Assembly (NCBI GenBank): GCA_964550175.1 | Contig: CAZJXP010000001.1 | Coordinates: 322,774-386,773, forward strand | Direction of reading: 5' to 3' | Source: an uncultured Methanosarcinales archaeon | GTDB taxonomy: Archaea; Nanobdellota; Nanobdellia; Woesearchaeales; ARS49 | Length of the DNA stretch: 64,000 nt | Shown here: piece after piece, positions 51,999 through 61,797 of the stretch | How positions within the stretch are numbered: position 1 is the first letter of the stretch | Layout of the letters: each line of letters opens with the position of its first letter | The notes under the pieces: model-generated | The model's database searches: none | What the model was told of the DNA's origin: nothing | The model's input: the letters and a program-made list of their open reading frames with translations, nothing else | Program-made: the position numbers and the translations under genes

Positions 51999-52883
51999 TT
52001 GACAACGGATGAAAAAACTCAACTTACCAAGCAAGCCGATGAATTGCTTCATCAGATAAAGGCTTTGCGGAAGACATTGCACGAGTTGAACGACCAAAAA
52101 GAGAAATTGTTCGACCAGCGCAACGCCGTCGGCAAAGAGATTTCTGAATTAATCAAGAACGTCAAAGGCATCCGCTCTGAACGCGATTCGCTTACTTCAA
52201 CAGTCAAACTTTCGAAGGAAGAACGAGAAAAATTGACGTCCGACATCAAGGCGCTCACGGCCGAAGTCAAGAAGCTCACGGAAGAGAAAGATTTAGCAAT
52301 CAAGAAGTCCGGCATCACGGACGACCCACGATTCTTACGCCACGAATTCGAGCGACTGAACTACAAGCTCGAAACCGAGGCCATCAGCTTCGAGAAAGAG
52401 ACCAAGATGATGAAAGTCATCAAGGACATCAAGAAGAAATTGGATGCGGCCAAAGGCATCAGCGTTGTCGTCGACAAACTCCGAGCAGCATCACGCGAAC
52501 TCGACAGAATGAAGTCCATCGCGCAATCAGCGCACACCAAAGTAACCTCCGCGGCTCACGCTTCCCAAGAAAAGCACACCGGAATGATCGAAGTCTCGCA
52601 CAAGATCGACCTGCTGAAAGCGAAGGAAGACGAATTCAACAAGCAGATCGCCGCGAAGAAGGCCGAAATGCAGCCCATCGGCGACGAACTCGACAAGAAG
52701 TCGGCGCAGTTGAACGAACTGAACGACAAATTGGGCTTCGCCCGCGAAGAAGGCAAGAAGCAGAAGGAAGACAGCCAGAAGAAGCAGATCCACGACAAGG
52801 CAGAGGAAGTCCGCGCGAAGTTAATGCGCGGCGAAACCTTGACGACGGAAGACATCTTAGTGTTGCAAGGCGCAGATAAATAA
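51999..52883 (+). CDS. archaeal coiled-coil protein (COG1340-like)
   Basis: all-helical, LET..ISFEKE, KL..GE.LTTEDIL.LQ. Confidence 0.8.
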   Translation: MTTDEKTQLTKQADELLHQIKALRKTLHELNDQKEKLFDQRNAVGKEISELIKNVKGIRSERDSLTSTVKLSKEEREKLTSDIKALTAEVKKLTEEKDLAIKKSGITDDPRFLRHEFERLNYKLETEAISFEKETKMMKVIKDIKKKLDAAKGISVVVDKLRAASRELDRMKSIAQSAHTKVTSAAHASQEKHTGMIEVSHKIDLLKAKEDEFNKQIAAKKAEMQPIGDELDKKSAQLNELNDKLGFAREEGKKQKEDSQKKQIHDKAEEVRAKLMRGETLTTEDILVLQGADK

Positions 52884-52921
52884 GTCATAGCCTTTTTATT
52901 TAGACAAACGCTACAATTTCT

Positions 52922-53209
52922 ATGTCACTCAAGGTTGATTTGGATTTAATGGACACCTTCTCCCCGGATGACCTAGAACGCATTCTCAAAGATGTCCACG
53001 CCATCACCGAAAGCCCGTTCGGCAAGAATTTCTATCCTGCTGGAGCCGTCATGCGCGTCGGCATCGACAAGAAACCTGATGGACGCATCGACTACCAAGT
53101 CACCATCCACAGCCTGCCTCCTAGCCAAACGGGCAGCTACAAGATAAAGTCGTATACCTACCAGTCAACGCCGGCAAAACCGTTACACGGCCATCTCAAT
53201 CGGGCGTAA
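52922..53209 (+). CDS. hypothetical protein
   Basis: 95-aa ORF. Confidence 0.55.
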   Translation: MSLKVDLDLMDTFSPDDLERILKDVHAITESPFGKNFYPAGAVMRVGIDKKPDGRIDYQVTIHSLPPSQTGSYKIKSYTYQSTPAKPLHGHLNRA

Positions 53210-53232
53210 AATATCTACGTTTACGTTGCTCC

Positions 53233-53312
53233 CCCCGGCAGATTTTGAGTCGTTAGTTATATCGTAAATAAAATTCTGAACGTAACGACGTCCAAACATG
53301 CCGGTAAAAAGT
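53233..53312. repeat. Dispersed element copy
   Basis: CCCCGGCAGATTTTGAG ... CCAAACATGCCGGTAAAAAG. Confidence 0.85.
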
Positions 53313-53582
53313 TTACGGCTGACTTCCTACTTTCGGACACACGCCTTCCGTCCAAGAAGCCACGTTTTCGTCCTTGCAGGCCTCGCACTTATTGTTGAAG
53401 TTCTGCGCGCACGGATACGCAAAACATTGAATCTTCTCAGAATACCAGCCACAGACTTGGTTGTACTCCGAAGGACAGACCGAAACCAAACGGTCAGCGT
53501 CCGTGCAGTTGGCCTGTTTGATTTCAGGCGGAGCACTACACGCGGCTAAGAAAAGAACGCAAAAAAGAAGCGGAATTCTCAC
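53313..53582 (-). CDS. small lipoprotein with Kazal-like Cys pattern
   Basis: GTG start overlapping upstream stop, LAAC, CPSEYNQVCG...N.CEAC...G.C. Confidence 0.75.
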   Translation of the reverse strand: MRIPLLFCVLFLAACSAPPEIKQANCTDADRLVSVCPSEYNQVCGWYSEKIQCFAYPCAQNFNNKCEACKDENVASWTEGVCPKVGSQP

Positions 53583-53854
53583 AGGCAGCATTTGCCCGAG
53601 TGCTGGCCGACCAGCACGAACGCGACCGCGATCATAACTGTGCTTAAAGCGCTCACGGTGAGACCATCCAGCGTGCCCAATTGCACGAGCGTGAACAAGA
53701 CCGAAGAGACGATGAACAGCAAGAACGCCCACATCAGCAAGACCGCGCTCTTCGCCTTCGTGAGGTAATACAGCCCGATAAGCGCCGCGACCAAGTGCAC
53801 GATTATCCAAACAAGACTAGGAACCGAACTGAACCATCCTGCGCCGAATGCCAT
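53579..53854 (-). CDS. small three-TM protein
   Basis: hydrophobic 91 aa, GAGGTG SD. Confidence 0.7.
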   Translation of the reverse strand: MAFGAGWFSSVPSLVWIIVHLVAALIGLYYLTKAKSAVLLMWAFLLFIVSSVLFTLVQLGTLDGLTVSALSTVMIAVAFVLVGQHSGKCCL

Positions 53855-53938
53855 ATGACACCTCTTTTGATACTTGTGCTGAGAGCTCTCCGTATTTAAA
53901 GATTATGAGAAATAAAAAAATAAAAAAGAATAATTAAT

Positions 53939-54421
53939 TTATTCGGTTACGACTGCCTTGGTCGGAATAACCATCTGGACTGACTTCTCGTCAGACCAAT
54001 AGTCCATGCCGCCAATAGATGCGTGCGCTCGGACGTAGACCGTGACAAGCTCGCCCATCGCAAAGCTAGTCTCGAATCCCTTAGTCGCGTCGCCAGTGAA
54101 CTGCATCTTCGGAGACGTGCTCTGGTAGGTCAGCGCAGTCGGAGCAACAACATCCGCATTTGAGACGGTGCTGTAATGAACCGCTGACTGCGTTACCATA
54201 TCGGCGCCGTTGACTTTCCAGGAGATGACAATCGGCTTACCGATTGCGACTTCCATCGGCACATTTACGAACTCGACGCTCGGAGAGGCCATAACCTCAA
54301 CTGGGGCTGGCGCAGGGGCCGGAGCCGGGGCAGGCGAAGGAGACGGAGCAGGAGCACTTGAGCAGCCTGCAACGACAACCAGCGCTGCGACCAAAATAAA
54401 CCATAACATGTTTCGCTTCAT
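53939..54421 (-). CDS. lipoprotein with Pro-Ala linker and beta-sandwich-like domain
   Basis: VAGC lipobox, (PA)n tract. Confidence 0.75.
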   Translation of the reverse strand: MKRNMLWFILVAALVVVAGCSSAPAPSPSPAPAPAPAPAPVEVMASPSVEFVNVPMEVAIGKPIVISWKVNGADMVTQSAVHYSTVSNADVVAPTALTYQSTSPKMQFTGDATKGFETSFAMGELVTVYVRAHASIGGMDYWSDEKSVQMVIPTKAVVTE

Positions 54422-54531
54422 GGGATCACCTTTTATGATTCATTTTGTCTATTCACAAGTGTATATAAAGATTACGAATAGTAAAATGAAACACTGTCGG
54501 GATAATATAGAAATATAAGGTCAAAAAAGAA

Positions 54532-54756
54532 TTACTCAACTTTCTTCGCGTGGTACTCGACGTACCCACACTTGCCGCAAACAACACGGTCCTTATGGGC
54601 GCCAAGGAAGAATCCAGGGCCGCACTTCGGGCAATGCTTGTTCTTGCGGTGGACGGAATCGCCCTTCTTCTCGAAGAGGTCCCACACACCTGCCAACGGT
54701 CCCTTCTTGACGGGAGCCGCGGCTGCCTTCTTTTCCGGTTTTTTTGCGTCTGCCAT
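54532..54756 (-). CDS. rps27ae: 30S ribosomal protein S27ae
   Basis: [22 protein letters not shown]. Confidence 0.96.
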   Translation of the reverse strand: MADAKKPEKKAAAAPVKKGPLAGVWDLFEKKGDSVHRKNKHCPKCGPGFFLGAHKDRVVCGKCGYVEYHAKKVE

Positions 54757-55050
54757 TTAACTTGCCGCCGGGGCTGCGCCAGCAGCCGCCTTTACCTTGA
54801 TCTTCGGTTCAATCTTGTCCTTCTGTTCCTTGGACGCGTAGACGTACGCCTTGATGACCGCGTGGGTCGAGCCAAAGCCGCCCTTGATCTGCTTGACCAC
54901 GACCGCGTCCTCGGACGCGGAGAGCTTGGTCGCGATAGCCTTTGCGACTTCGACGTTGCTCGGCGTCGCCTTCGTGAACGAGACGTGCGCCAAAATTTCC
55001 TTGCGAAGCAGCATAGGATTCTCTTTCTGTTCCTTGATTGTGAGTTCCAT
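54757..55050 (-). CDS. rps24e: 30S ribosomal protein S24e
   Basis: ENPMLLRKE, TPS, GGFG, AYVY, IEP. Confidence 0.92.
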   Translation of the reverse strand: MELTIKEQKENPMLLRKEILAHVSFTKATPSNVEVAKAIATKLSASEDAVVVKQIKGGFGSTHAVIKAYVYASKEQKDKIEPKIKVKAAAGAAPAAS

Positions 55051-55238
55051 TACGTCACCTTGATTGCATATTCTGCCGCCTTCGTGATGCCGACTTTCTT
55101 CGCGACATCGCTCTTCTCGGCGTCCATGATCGTCATCCTTCCTTTCCAGTTCTGCACGAGCTGGGAGCCCTTGCAGACGGGGCATTCGTGTCCGTCGACC
55201 AATGCCTTACACTTTTTGCATGCTTGTTTCTTGCTCAT
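55050..55238 (-). CDS. spt4: transcription elongation factor Spt4 (RpoE'')
   Basis: ACKKC, CPVC, W.G, S.VAKKVGI...YA. Confidence 0.95.
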   Translation of the reverse strand: MSKKQACKKCKALVDGHECPVCKGSQLVQNWKGRMTIMDAEKSDVAKKVGITKAAEYAIKVT

Positions 55239-55831
55239 TTCTTCTCCTTCTTCTTGTCTTCCTTCTTCTCTTCCTTGACTTCCGCCTTTGCGGGAGCCTT
55301 GTTCTCGGCTTCAATCCACTCGAGCTTTCCTAAGCCAACTTGACGCATCGTCAAGCCAATCTTCGGGTTCAGCGGATCCTTGAATGAAACTGCGATGACT
55401 CTTGCGCGACATTCGTCGCCGACCTTCAATGCGCGCTTCGAATCCTTGCCCGTCAGGACTTTCTCCTTGGCGAACGAAACGAAGTCGTCCATCGTCTGGC
55501 TGACGTGGATCATGCCGTCTATCGGGCCCATCGTGAGGAATGCACCGAAATCGGCGATATCCTTGATTCTGCCCGGGATGACCTCGTGCATTTCCGGCTT
55601 GAACGTGATTAAGTTGAAGGTGGTCTCGTAGTACGCCGCGCCGTCGCCGGGGATGATGATGCCCTCGTTGACGCTCTCGACGTTCAATACATCGATGACG
55701 AATCCGATATCCTCATCGATGAAACCGCCGTACTTCTCTCTGACGGCCTTGATAACTGCTTCGTTGACGTCGTTCACGAAGTGCTTCGGAGCGACGCGAA
55801 TATGGTCCTTGAGTTGGGTTTTGTAAAACAT
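55235..55831 (-). CDS. rpoE: RNA polymerase subunit E' (Rpo7)
   Basis: IPGDGAAY, FGAF..MGPIDGMIHVSQ, KIGLTMRQ.GLGK. Confidence 0.96.
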   Translation of the reverse strand: MFYKTQLKDHIRVAPKHFVNDVNEAVIKAVREKYGGFIDEDIGFVIDVLNVESVNEGIIIPGDGAAYYETTFNLITFKPEMHEVIPGRIKDIADFGAFLTMGPIDGMIHVSQTMDDFVSFAKEKVLTGKDSKRALKVGDECRARVIAVSFKDPLNPKIGLTMRQVGLGKLEWIEAENKAPAKAEVKEEKKEDKKKEKK

Positions 55832-55939
55832 GTTGGTGTCCATCAATGCCGGCGGGGTTACAGAACCCCCAGCATCTCACAGACAGACTTCCTGAAGACC
55901 CCTTTATAAAGGTTTCCCTGACGACGCAGTTCCTTGTGA

Positions 55940-56014
55940 CCTTTTTACCGCCACGTTTGGTACCGTCGTTACGCGTACGATTCTAACTACGGTACGAACT
56001 CAAAATCTGCCGGT
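55940..56014. repeat. Dispersed element copy
   Basis: CTTTTTACCGCCACGTTTGG ... CAAAATCTGCCGGT. Confidence 0.85.
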
Positions 56015-56044
56015 GCGAACCAACGTGCGGAGAAAAGCAAACTA

Positions 56045-56440
56045 CTAACTCAATCCACGTTCAATAAGACTCAAATAACCCTTTTCTCTGATTACAATAA
56101 CACCGATTCCGGCTGATTTTAACCGTTGTTTCAAGCGCTGGTCCTGGGTCGCGACGATGTCTTTTTTTGTGGCGGTCGAGACGAGCAAGTCGTCGACATG
56201 CCCTCCTTTCGTTTTCAACGTGATAATGTCCTTGTTGGATGCCAATATCAGAAGCGCGATGCTGCCGAGCTCCTTCTTCTTGCCGCCCAAGGCCTGGAAC
56301 TTCTTCAGCTCGTCAAAGACCCGGTCCAACACGACGATATCATACGCAAAATCGCAAATGCGACGGATCTCTCCGAACAGGTCGACTTTCCACCTCACGG
56401 TATCCAGAATCAAGTTGGTGTCGAGGAATACGCGTCGCAT
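56045..56440 (-). CDS. PIN-domain nuclease (Fcf1/Utp24-like)
   Basis: LDTN, V.DEL, VDD, VATQD..L; upstream of rpoE. Confidence 0.9.
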   Translation of the reverse strand: MRRVFLDTNLILDTVRWKVDLFGEIRRICDFAYDIVVLDRVFDELKKFQALGGKKKELGSIALLILASNKDIITLKTKGGHVDDLLVSTATKKDIVATQDQRLKQRLKSAGIGVIVIREKGYLSLIERGLS

Positions 56441-56463
56441 ACGGCAATTAACTCATGAGAGTA

Positions 56464-57468
56464 TTAATGGGTTTTGCTCGCCAACGCGAGCAGCTGGCTG
56501 CCGAGCAAAAAGGCAACCAAGTACGGGACGATGACGGCGAATAGCGGGATGACCCCGATGAGCAGCAACAACGCAGCCGTGTCCGCGCCTCTTTGTCCGG
56601 CAAGCGCAAGATGGGCGCGCTCGGCGAACGACATAGGGACGGAAAACCAGACGAGGAACCGGATGACAACCGAAATGCACAACAGCAACAACGCGACCAA
56701 CAAGATTTGCCAGGTCAGCGAGACCATGCCGAGCAACAGGCACGCCAAGACAAGCAACGACTTAAACGGCCCCTGGTCGAGACGATGGTGCTCCGCAATG
56801 ATCGCGTTGCTGACGAACATTCCAAGGACAATGACTGCGATGACGCCCGAGCCGTTCAACGCGGCGGCGAGCAAGTAAGTAACAATCGCGGCAAACGCAA
56901 ACCCGAGATAACGATGGTGCACGTTGCCATGGCGGATGATTCTCAGCACCATGATTCCGATCAACACCCCCGTGCCGATGCCGGTGAGCCACGGAATGAC
57001 GATATCCGAGATTCCTGAAACGGCATCAAGCGGACGCAAACTGGTCAACAAGAACACGATGACAATGGCGAGCAACGACGTGAACCGGCTTTCGTGGCCG
57101 AGCAGTTCATTCGAGAATGATTGAACGCTCGCCAATGCGATACCGGCGATGACGGAAAAGAACAGGTCGAACCCGACAATGTGCAATCCCCAGCCCAACG
57201 CGGCGGCATGGAGAATTAATGAGCATGCCGAAACGCGCAACGCCTTGAACGCGGTCGTGTCTAAGTGCGCGAACCGCATCCGGCTATTGTCGAACAACAC
57301 TAATGCTAAGGTGATGCTCGCGACCACCATTCTAACGTTATCGGGCACGCTGATGCCGAAGAAGAACAATGCGAGACCGGCAAGCAGCCCCATCAACACG
57401 CCGTGGCGCGAGAACGAAAGCGCTATCGCGACAACAATCACGATGGCTATGCTCCAAACTTGGTCCAC
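56464..57468 (-). CDS. cation:proton antiporter-like membrane protein (divergent)
   Basis: many TM; LVLF, HES, SGVIAV, G.RG. Confidence 0.7.
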   Translation of the reverse strand: MDQVWSIAIVIVVAIALSFSRHGVLMGLLAGLALFFFGISVPDNVRMVVASITLALVLFDNSRMRFAHLDTTAFKALRVSACSLILHAAALGWGLHIVGFDLFFSVIAGIALASVQSFSNELLGHESRFTSLLAIVIVFLLTSLRPLDAVSGISDIVIPWLTGIGTGVLIGIMVLRIIRHGNVHHRYLGFAFAAIVTYLLAAALNGSGVIAVIVLGMFVSNAIIAEHHRLDQGPFKSLLVLACLLLGMVSLTWQILLVALLLLCISVVIRFLVWFSVPMSFAERAHLALAGQRGADTAALLLLIGVIPLFAVIVPYLVAFLLGSQLLALASKTH

Positions 57469-57542
57469 GCATCACCTCTTTCTTGAAACAGTCGCGTTGC
57501 GGTATAAAAACATTTTTATATGGCGCTCGGGTCAAGTCAACC

Positions 57543-58778
57543 ATGAAGATTCCCGCGATTCTTAAGCAAGCCCTTTCTGAAATCTCGCCCAACAAGGAAG
57601 ACCACTGGGTCGTCAAGGACGTCAACGCCTTTCTTAATCGACTGAAGCTCGAGCTGAAGTCGCGCAAAATCAACGCAAAACCGATTCTTGGTGGCAGCTT
57701 CGCGAAAGACACCTGGCTCAAGGGAGACTACGACGTCGACGTGTTCGTGGCTTTCGATATGAAGCACAAGGACGATGCCCTCAGCGATTTGCTCGCGAAA
57801 GCGTTAAAGCCGTGGAAAACCGAACGCGTGCACGGCTCGCGCGACTACTTCCAAATCCACGGCAAGATCAACTACGAAATCATCCCGGTGTTGGCGATCA
57901 AGACCGCGAAGCAGGCGCAGAACGTCACAGACTTTTCGCCGAAGCACGTCGCGTGGGTCAACACCAAAGGAAAGAAGTTCAAGGGAGATATTCGATTGTT
58001 CAAAAAGTTCTGCAAAGCCCAACGCATGTACGGCGCGGAAAGCTACATCCGAGGCTATTCAGGACACGTGGTCGACATCCTCGTCATCTACTTCAAGGGA
58101 TTCCTTCCGTTGCTGAAAGCAGCCTCGAAATGGGACGCGAAAGCGAAAATCGTGTTGGACTACAACAACTCATTCAAGGGACAGGCGCTGTTCAAATTGA
58201 ACGAAAGCAAAATCCAAGGGCCGCTCGTGGTGGTCGACCCGGTCCAGCCGGACCGCAACGCGGCCGCCGCCTTGGTGCAAGAACATTTCGAGGCGTTGAT
58301 TCATGCTGCAAAAGATTTCCTCAAGAAGCCGTCCATCGACTTCTTCATCGAAGAGACCGAGTCTGACGCCGACTTGAAGAAGCAAGGGGCGTTGATTATG
58401 CACGCGACGACCATCAAGGAAAAGGAAGATATCGCCGGCGTCAAGATGGTCAAGGCGTTCCAGTACATCACGCAGCAATTGATCGACAACGACTTCACCG
58501 TCATGAGCGACTGGCAGTGGGACAAGAAGTCACACGCCGTCTACTGGTTCCGCACGAAAGAAAAGACGCTTCCGGCAACGATGCTCCGCCGCGGGCCGCC
58601 GACCGACATTCCCAAAGCGGTTGCGATCTTCAAGAAGAAGTACAAAACTACAAAGACCGTCAAAGGACGGCTGGTCGCGAACGTCAAGCGCGAATTCCGA
58701 ACGCCTCTTGAGGTCATCAAGCACGCGATGAAATCGGATTACCTGAAAGACAAACTCGTCGCGCTCAAACTCGCATGA
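57543..58778 (+). CDS. cca: class I CCA-adding enzyme
   Basis: GGSFAKDTWL.G.YDVDVF, YGAE..I.GYSG, DPVQ..RNAAAA. Confidence 0.95.
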   Translation: MKIPAILKQALSEISPNKEDHWVVKDVNAFLNRLKLELKSRKINAKPILGGSFAKDTWLKGDYDVDVFVAFDMKHKDDALSDLLAKALKPWKTERVHGSRDYFQIHGKINYEIIPVLAIKTAKQAQNVTDFSPKHVAWVNTKGKKFKGDIRLFKKFCKAQRMYGAESYIRGYSGHVVDILVIYFKGFLPLLKAASKWDAKAKIVLDYNNSFKGQALFKLNESKIQGPLVVVDPVQPDRNAAAALVQEHFEALIHAAKDFLKKPSIDFFIEETESDADLKKQGALIMHATTIKEKEDIAGVKMVKAFQYITQQLIDNDFTVMSDWQWDKKSHAVYWFRTKEKTLPATMLRRGPPTDIPKAVAIFKKKYKTTKTVKGRLVANVKREFRTPLEVIKHAMKSDYLKDKLVALKLA

Positions 58779-59404
58779 ACCTTCTCAATTTCATATTGCA
58801 TTTAGATACGTCGCTGGACGCGTTGATATCTCAGTTCGGCATCGGGATTTACGTCATTCTCTTCATCGTTATGTTTTGCGAAACCGGGCTTGTTGTCACG
58901 CCGTTCTTGCCCGGCGATTCTTTGTTGTTTGCGGCCGGAGCGTTCGCGGCGCGCGGGACGATGAGCTTTTGGATATTGTTTATCACATTGACGATCGCGG
59001 CAATACTTGGGGACACGGTCAATTACTGGATTGGGCACAAACTCGGAGCAAAAGTGTTCACGCGCGAAACCGGATTCTTCAACAAGGAGCACCTGACCAA
59101 GACGCACGCGTTCTACGAGAAATACGGGCCGAAGGCGATCGTGCTCGGCAGATTCATCCCGATAATCAGAACGTTCGCGCCGTTTGTGGCGGGCGTCGGA
59201 AAGATGGCGTATCCAACGTTCGTTTTCTACAACATCACCGGCGCAATACTCTGGGTCGGACTGGCGCTCGGCGCGGGGTATTTGTTCGGAAACATTCCGG
59301 TCGTGAAGGACAACTTCACGTTGGTCATCCTCGCGATTATCGGGATTTCTCTGTTACCGGTGATTTGGGAAGCTTATTCGCACAGGAAGAAGAAAATAAG
59401 TTAA
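58775..59404 (+). CDS. dedA: DedA family membrane protein
   Basis: ETGLVVTPFLPGDSLLF, RFIPIIRTFAPFVAG. Confidence 0.95.
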   Translation: MNLLNFILHLDTSLDALISQFGIGIYVILFIVMFCETGLVVTPFLPGDSLLFAAGAFAARGTMSFWILFITLTIAAILGDTVNYWIGHKLGAKVFTRETGFFNKEHLTKTHAFYEKYGPKAIVLGRFIPIIRTFAPFVAGVGKMAYPTFVFYNITGAILWVGLALGAGYLFGNIPVVKDNFTLVILAIIGISLLPVIWEAYSHRKKKIS

Positions 59405-59430
59405 GATTTTTCCCAAGCCGTTCTTCCTGC

Positions 59431-59502
59431 GCAGATTTTGAGTTAGCGTTAGGTCGTCGATAATTAACGCCGACACTCGACCAATCGGGCCGGTAAAAAG
59501 TT
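59431..59502. repeat. Dispersed element, conserved subfamily copy
   Basis: close copy of 10549-10620. Confidence 0.9.
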
Positions 59503-59565
59503 TAACGACGAACCACTAGCTTCTAGCACCATAATCGTTTTAATCATTCGATTTGTTCTTCCTTC

Positions 59566-60567
59566 ATGGACGCGGGAACCTTCAAGGAAATCAATGCGAA
59601 GATAACTCCTGATGCTTCTGTTCCGACCAGCATCATTCTCGGAAAAGAAGGCTATGTTGCGGTTCCGCTAGGAATTGAACATTTCCACGCAATAACTCCC
59701 GCAGAAAAGATGCTTGCGTTCGTCGACTCCGGGAACGCGGAATTGGCGAAAGGAGCGAACTTTTCGCTGCAGTTCATCCGCACCTGCGCGGTCATCAAGG
59801 GCAAGGCTGCAATTCATCGCGAACACACCTGTCTTGTTCAAGCGTCACGAAAAGACGGCAAGCTCGGCTATTCGATTGAGCTTTTCGGCACCAGCAAGAA
59901 TCTCCCCTTCATCGATTTGTACGACCAATCGCTCGCGCTCGGATCAAACCGCGTCGAACCCGCAAGAGTTGCGGAATTAGTCCGAACCTTGCTCGAACTC
60001 CAATTAGCCACTGACATCATCAAAGACCTGCCGAACAACAGTTTCCTTGTTCGCGACGGAAGCTTGGAAGCCCACACGATCCATGAACAAAATGCGCTCC
60101 GAGCGCTGTACGAAGCGGCCCGATTGCAGGGCGTCACGATTGCCGGACTGAGCAAAACGAGCACGCTTTTGACTGACACGGGCCACGCGGCCGTGCCGTT
60201 CATCGCGCATTTGGCGCCGCAAGGACGCTGGGCCTATCACCCGATTGCGACCAGCAACCGACCGGAACACCAGGCGATTGTCTGCATCGCGAAACTGCAC
60301 GAGCGTAGCACGCATTCCTTTCGAATTGACGTGTTCGACCAGAATGCTCCGTTTGTGGACGAATTACTCTCAGCATTGGCGTTCGAAAGCCAAGACGCGG
60401 CGTTCTTGGGCTATCCGTACGGATTGACTGAAGTCGACCGCTACGCCAAAGTGCGGGAAGAAGAGCGAGCGTATTTGCGCATGCGCGCTGAAGCCGCGTT
60501 AGGACACTCATTGCAAGACGCCGAGAGAGCGATTGACGCCCACGATAGGCTGAATGAAGCCGTTTAG
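59566..60567 (+). CDS. nurA: NurA 5'-3' nuclease
   Basis: AFVDSG, RDGSL, GLSKTS, GYPYGL.EVD..A. Confidence 0.88.
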   Translation: MDAGTFKEINAKITPDASVPTSIILGKEGYVAVPLGIEHFHAITPAEKMLAFVDSGNAELAKGANFSLQFIRTCAVIKGKAAIHREHTCLVQASRKDGKLGYSIELFGTSKNLPFIDLYDQSLALGSNRVEPARVAELVRTLLELQLATDIIKDLPNNSFLVRDGSLEAHTIHEQNALRALYEAARLQGVTIAGLSKTSTLLTDTGHAAVPFIAHLAPQGRWAYHPIATSNRPEHQAIVCIAKLHERSTHSFRIDVFDQNAPFVDELLSALAFESQDAAFLGYPYGLTEVDRYAKVREEERAYLRMRAEAALGHSLQDAERAIDAHDRLNEAV

Positions 60568-60656
60568 CATTTTCTAGTAGTGATAAACCCTTTTATAGCA
60601 TCCGCCGTAAAGGTCTGCCATACGTTCCTACAAGGAACAAACGGAGGAGTATCATT

Positions 60657-60980
60657 ATGGATGCAAAAATCGGACATTGGGCATTCATTGTGGGCATCTT
60701 GCTTGCGATCATCGCAGGGCTTGTCCCGCAATTGCAGACCTCAACCATTACCTGGATTCTCGTAATCTTGGGACTCGTTGTCGGCTTGCTGAACATCAAC
60801 GCGAAGGAAACCACGGAGTTCCTCGTTGCAGTCATCGCATTGCTGATCGTCGGCAGCGCAGGAGCAATCCCGGCGCTCGGCGGCATCGTGTTGTCCATCT
60901 TGGCCAACATCGTCGCCTTGTCGGCACCGGCAGCCTTGATCGTCGCGTTGAAGGCGATCTACGCCTTAGCGGCTGAATAA
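60657..60980 (+). CDS. four-TM membrane protein
   Basis: WAFIVG, GLVVGLLNI..KE..EFL; GGAG SD. Confidence 0.8.
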   Translation: MDAKIGHWAFIVGILLAIIAGLVPQLQTSTITWILVILGLVVGLLNINAKETTEFLVAVIALLIVGSAGAIPALGGIVLSILANIVALSAPAALIVALKAIYALAAE

Positions 60981-61020
60981 ATACATTTTTTCTTAAATTT
61001 TTAATTTTTTGATGTTACTT

Positions 61021-61176
61021 GCGGCAGCGCTGGCCGGGGCTGCAGCCGAGCTGCGCCCGCCAGCAGCCGCACGGAAGGTCGCAACTCATCCGTTACCATC
61101 TTTCCGCTTCCTTGCAAAACTTTTTACCGGCGAGATTGGACGTAGCGCAGTCAAAGTAAATCTGATTTCAAAATCA
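61021..61176. repeat. Composite: GC-rich segment plus element terminus
   Basis: inverted homolog of 14117-14220, then CTTTTTACCGGCGAGATTGG. Confidence 0.75.
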
Positions 61177-61334
61177 TAACGCATAAAAAGGGGAACACGT
61201 CGCAGGAAAACGTGAAAAGCTACGACCGACGACCGGCAGAGTCAAGAAAACAGAAAATCCAGCACGACAAGGCGTTCGTGCGATGGATTCTCCTCGTCAT
61301 CGCGTTGGCATTCGCACTGAGCTTTCTGAGATAA

Positions 61335-61715
61335 TCATTCCCTGCCGTTGATTCGCGCCGCGCCGTCAGCGATGCGCTGGAAGAAGTCCTGCGGCGTCTG
61401 CTTCCCTTTGATGCACTTCTCAAGCCCGCTGTCAACATAGACGTTGATTTGCTTCTTGACATTGTGATAATCAAGCAAAGACCCCTGGGCTACGGCAGCA
61501 GCATACCTTTGAAGCTCGCGGTCTTCTTTTGCTTTGCTCAAGATAACAATGGCCGCGAATACACGGACATCCTTGGCCTGGGCAAGCTGGTCATCCGTGA
61601 ACCGCTTCAGCATCGGAACAAGCACTTCGGCCCGACCGTAAAGTCCCTTGCGGGAAGGCAGTCCCTCAAGAAGCTCCGCAATATTCGGAATAATCTCAGT
61701 CTCATGCCCATCCAT
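61335..61715 (-). CDS. hypothetical protein
   Basis: 126-aa ORF divergent from ppsA. Confidence 0.6.
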   Translation of the reverse strand: MDGHETEIIPNIAELLEGLPSRKGLYGRAEVLVPMLKRFTDDQLAQAKDVRVFAAIVILSKAKEDRELQRYAAAVAQGSLLDYHNVKKQINVYVDSGLEKCIKGKQTPQDFFQRIADGAARINGRE

Positions 61716-61797
61716 GCAGGAATTATTCCTGAATCCTTCTTAAATATTTCCCTCGCAACCTTTAAATACCGATAAACCCGTTTTCAGTCTGAAAAAG

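Noticed and set aside
54296..54356. Tandem DNA repeat
   Set aside because: Explained by a Pro-Ala linker with synonymous codon variation
61021..61083. SRP RNA
   Set aside because: GC-rich with a GGAA, but too short, lacks the helix-8 consensus and has a second copy at 14168
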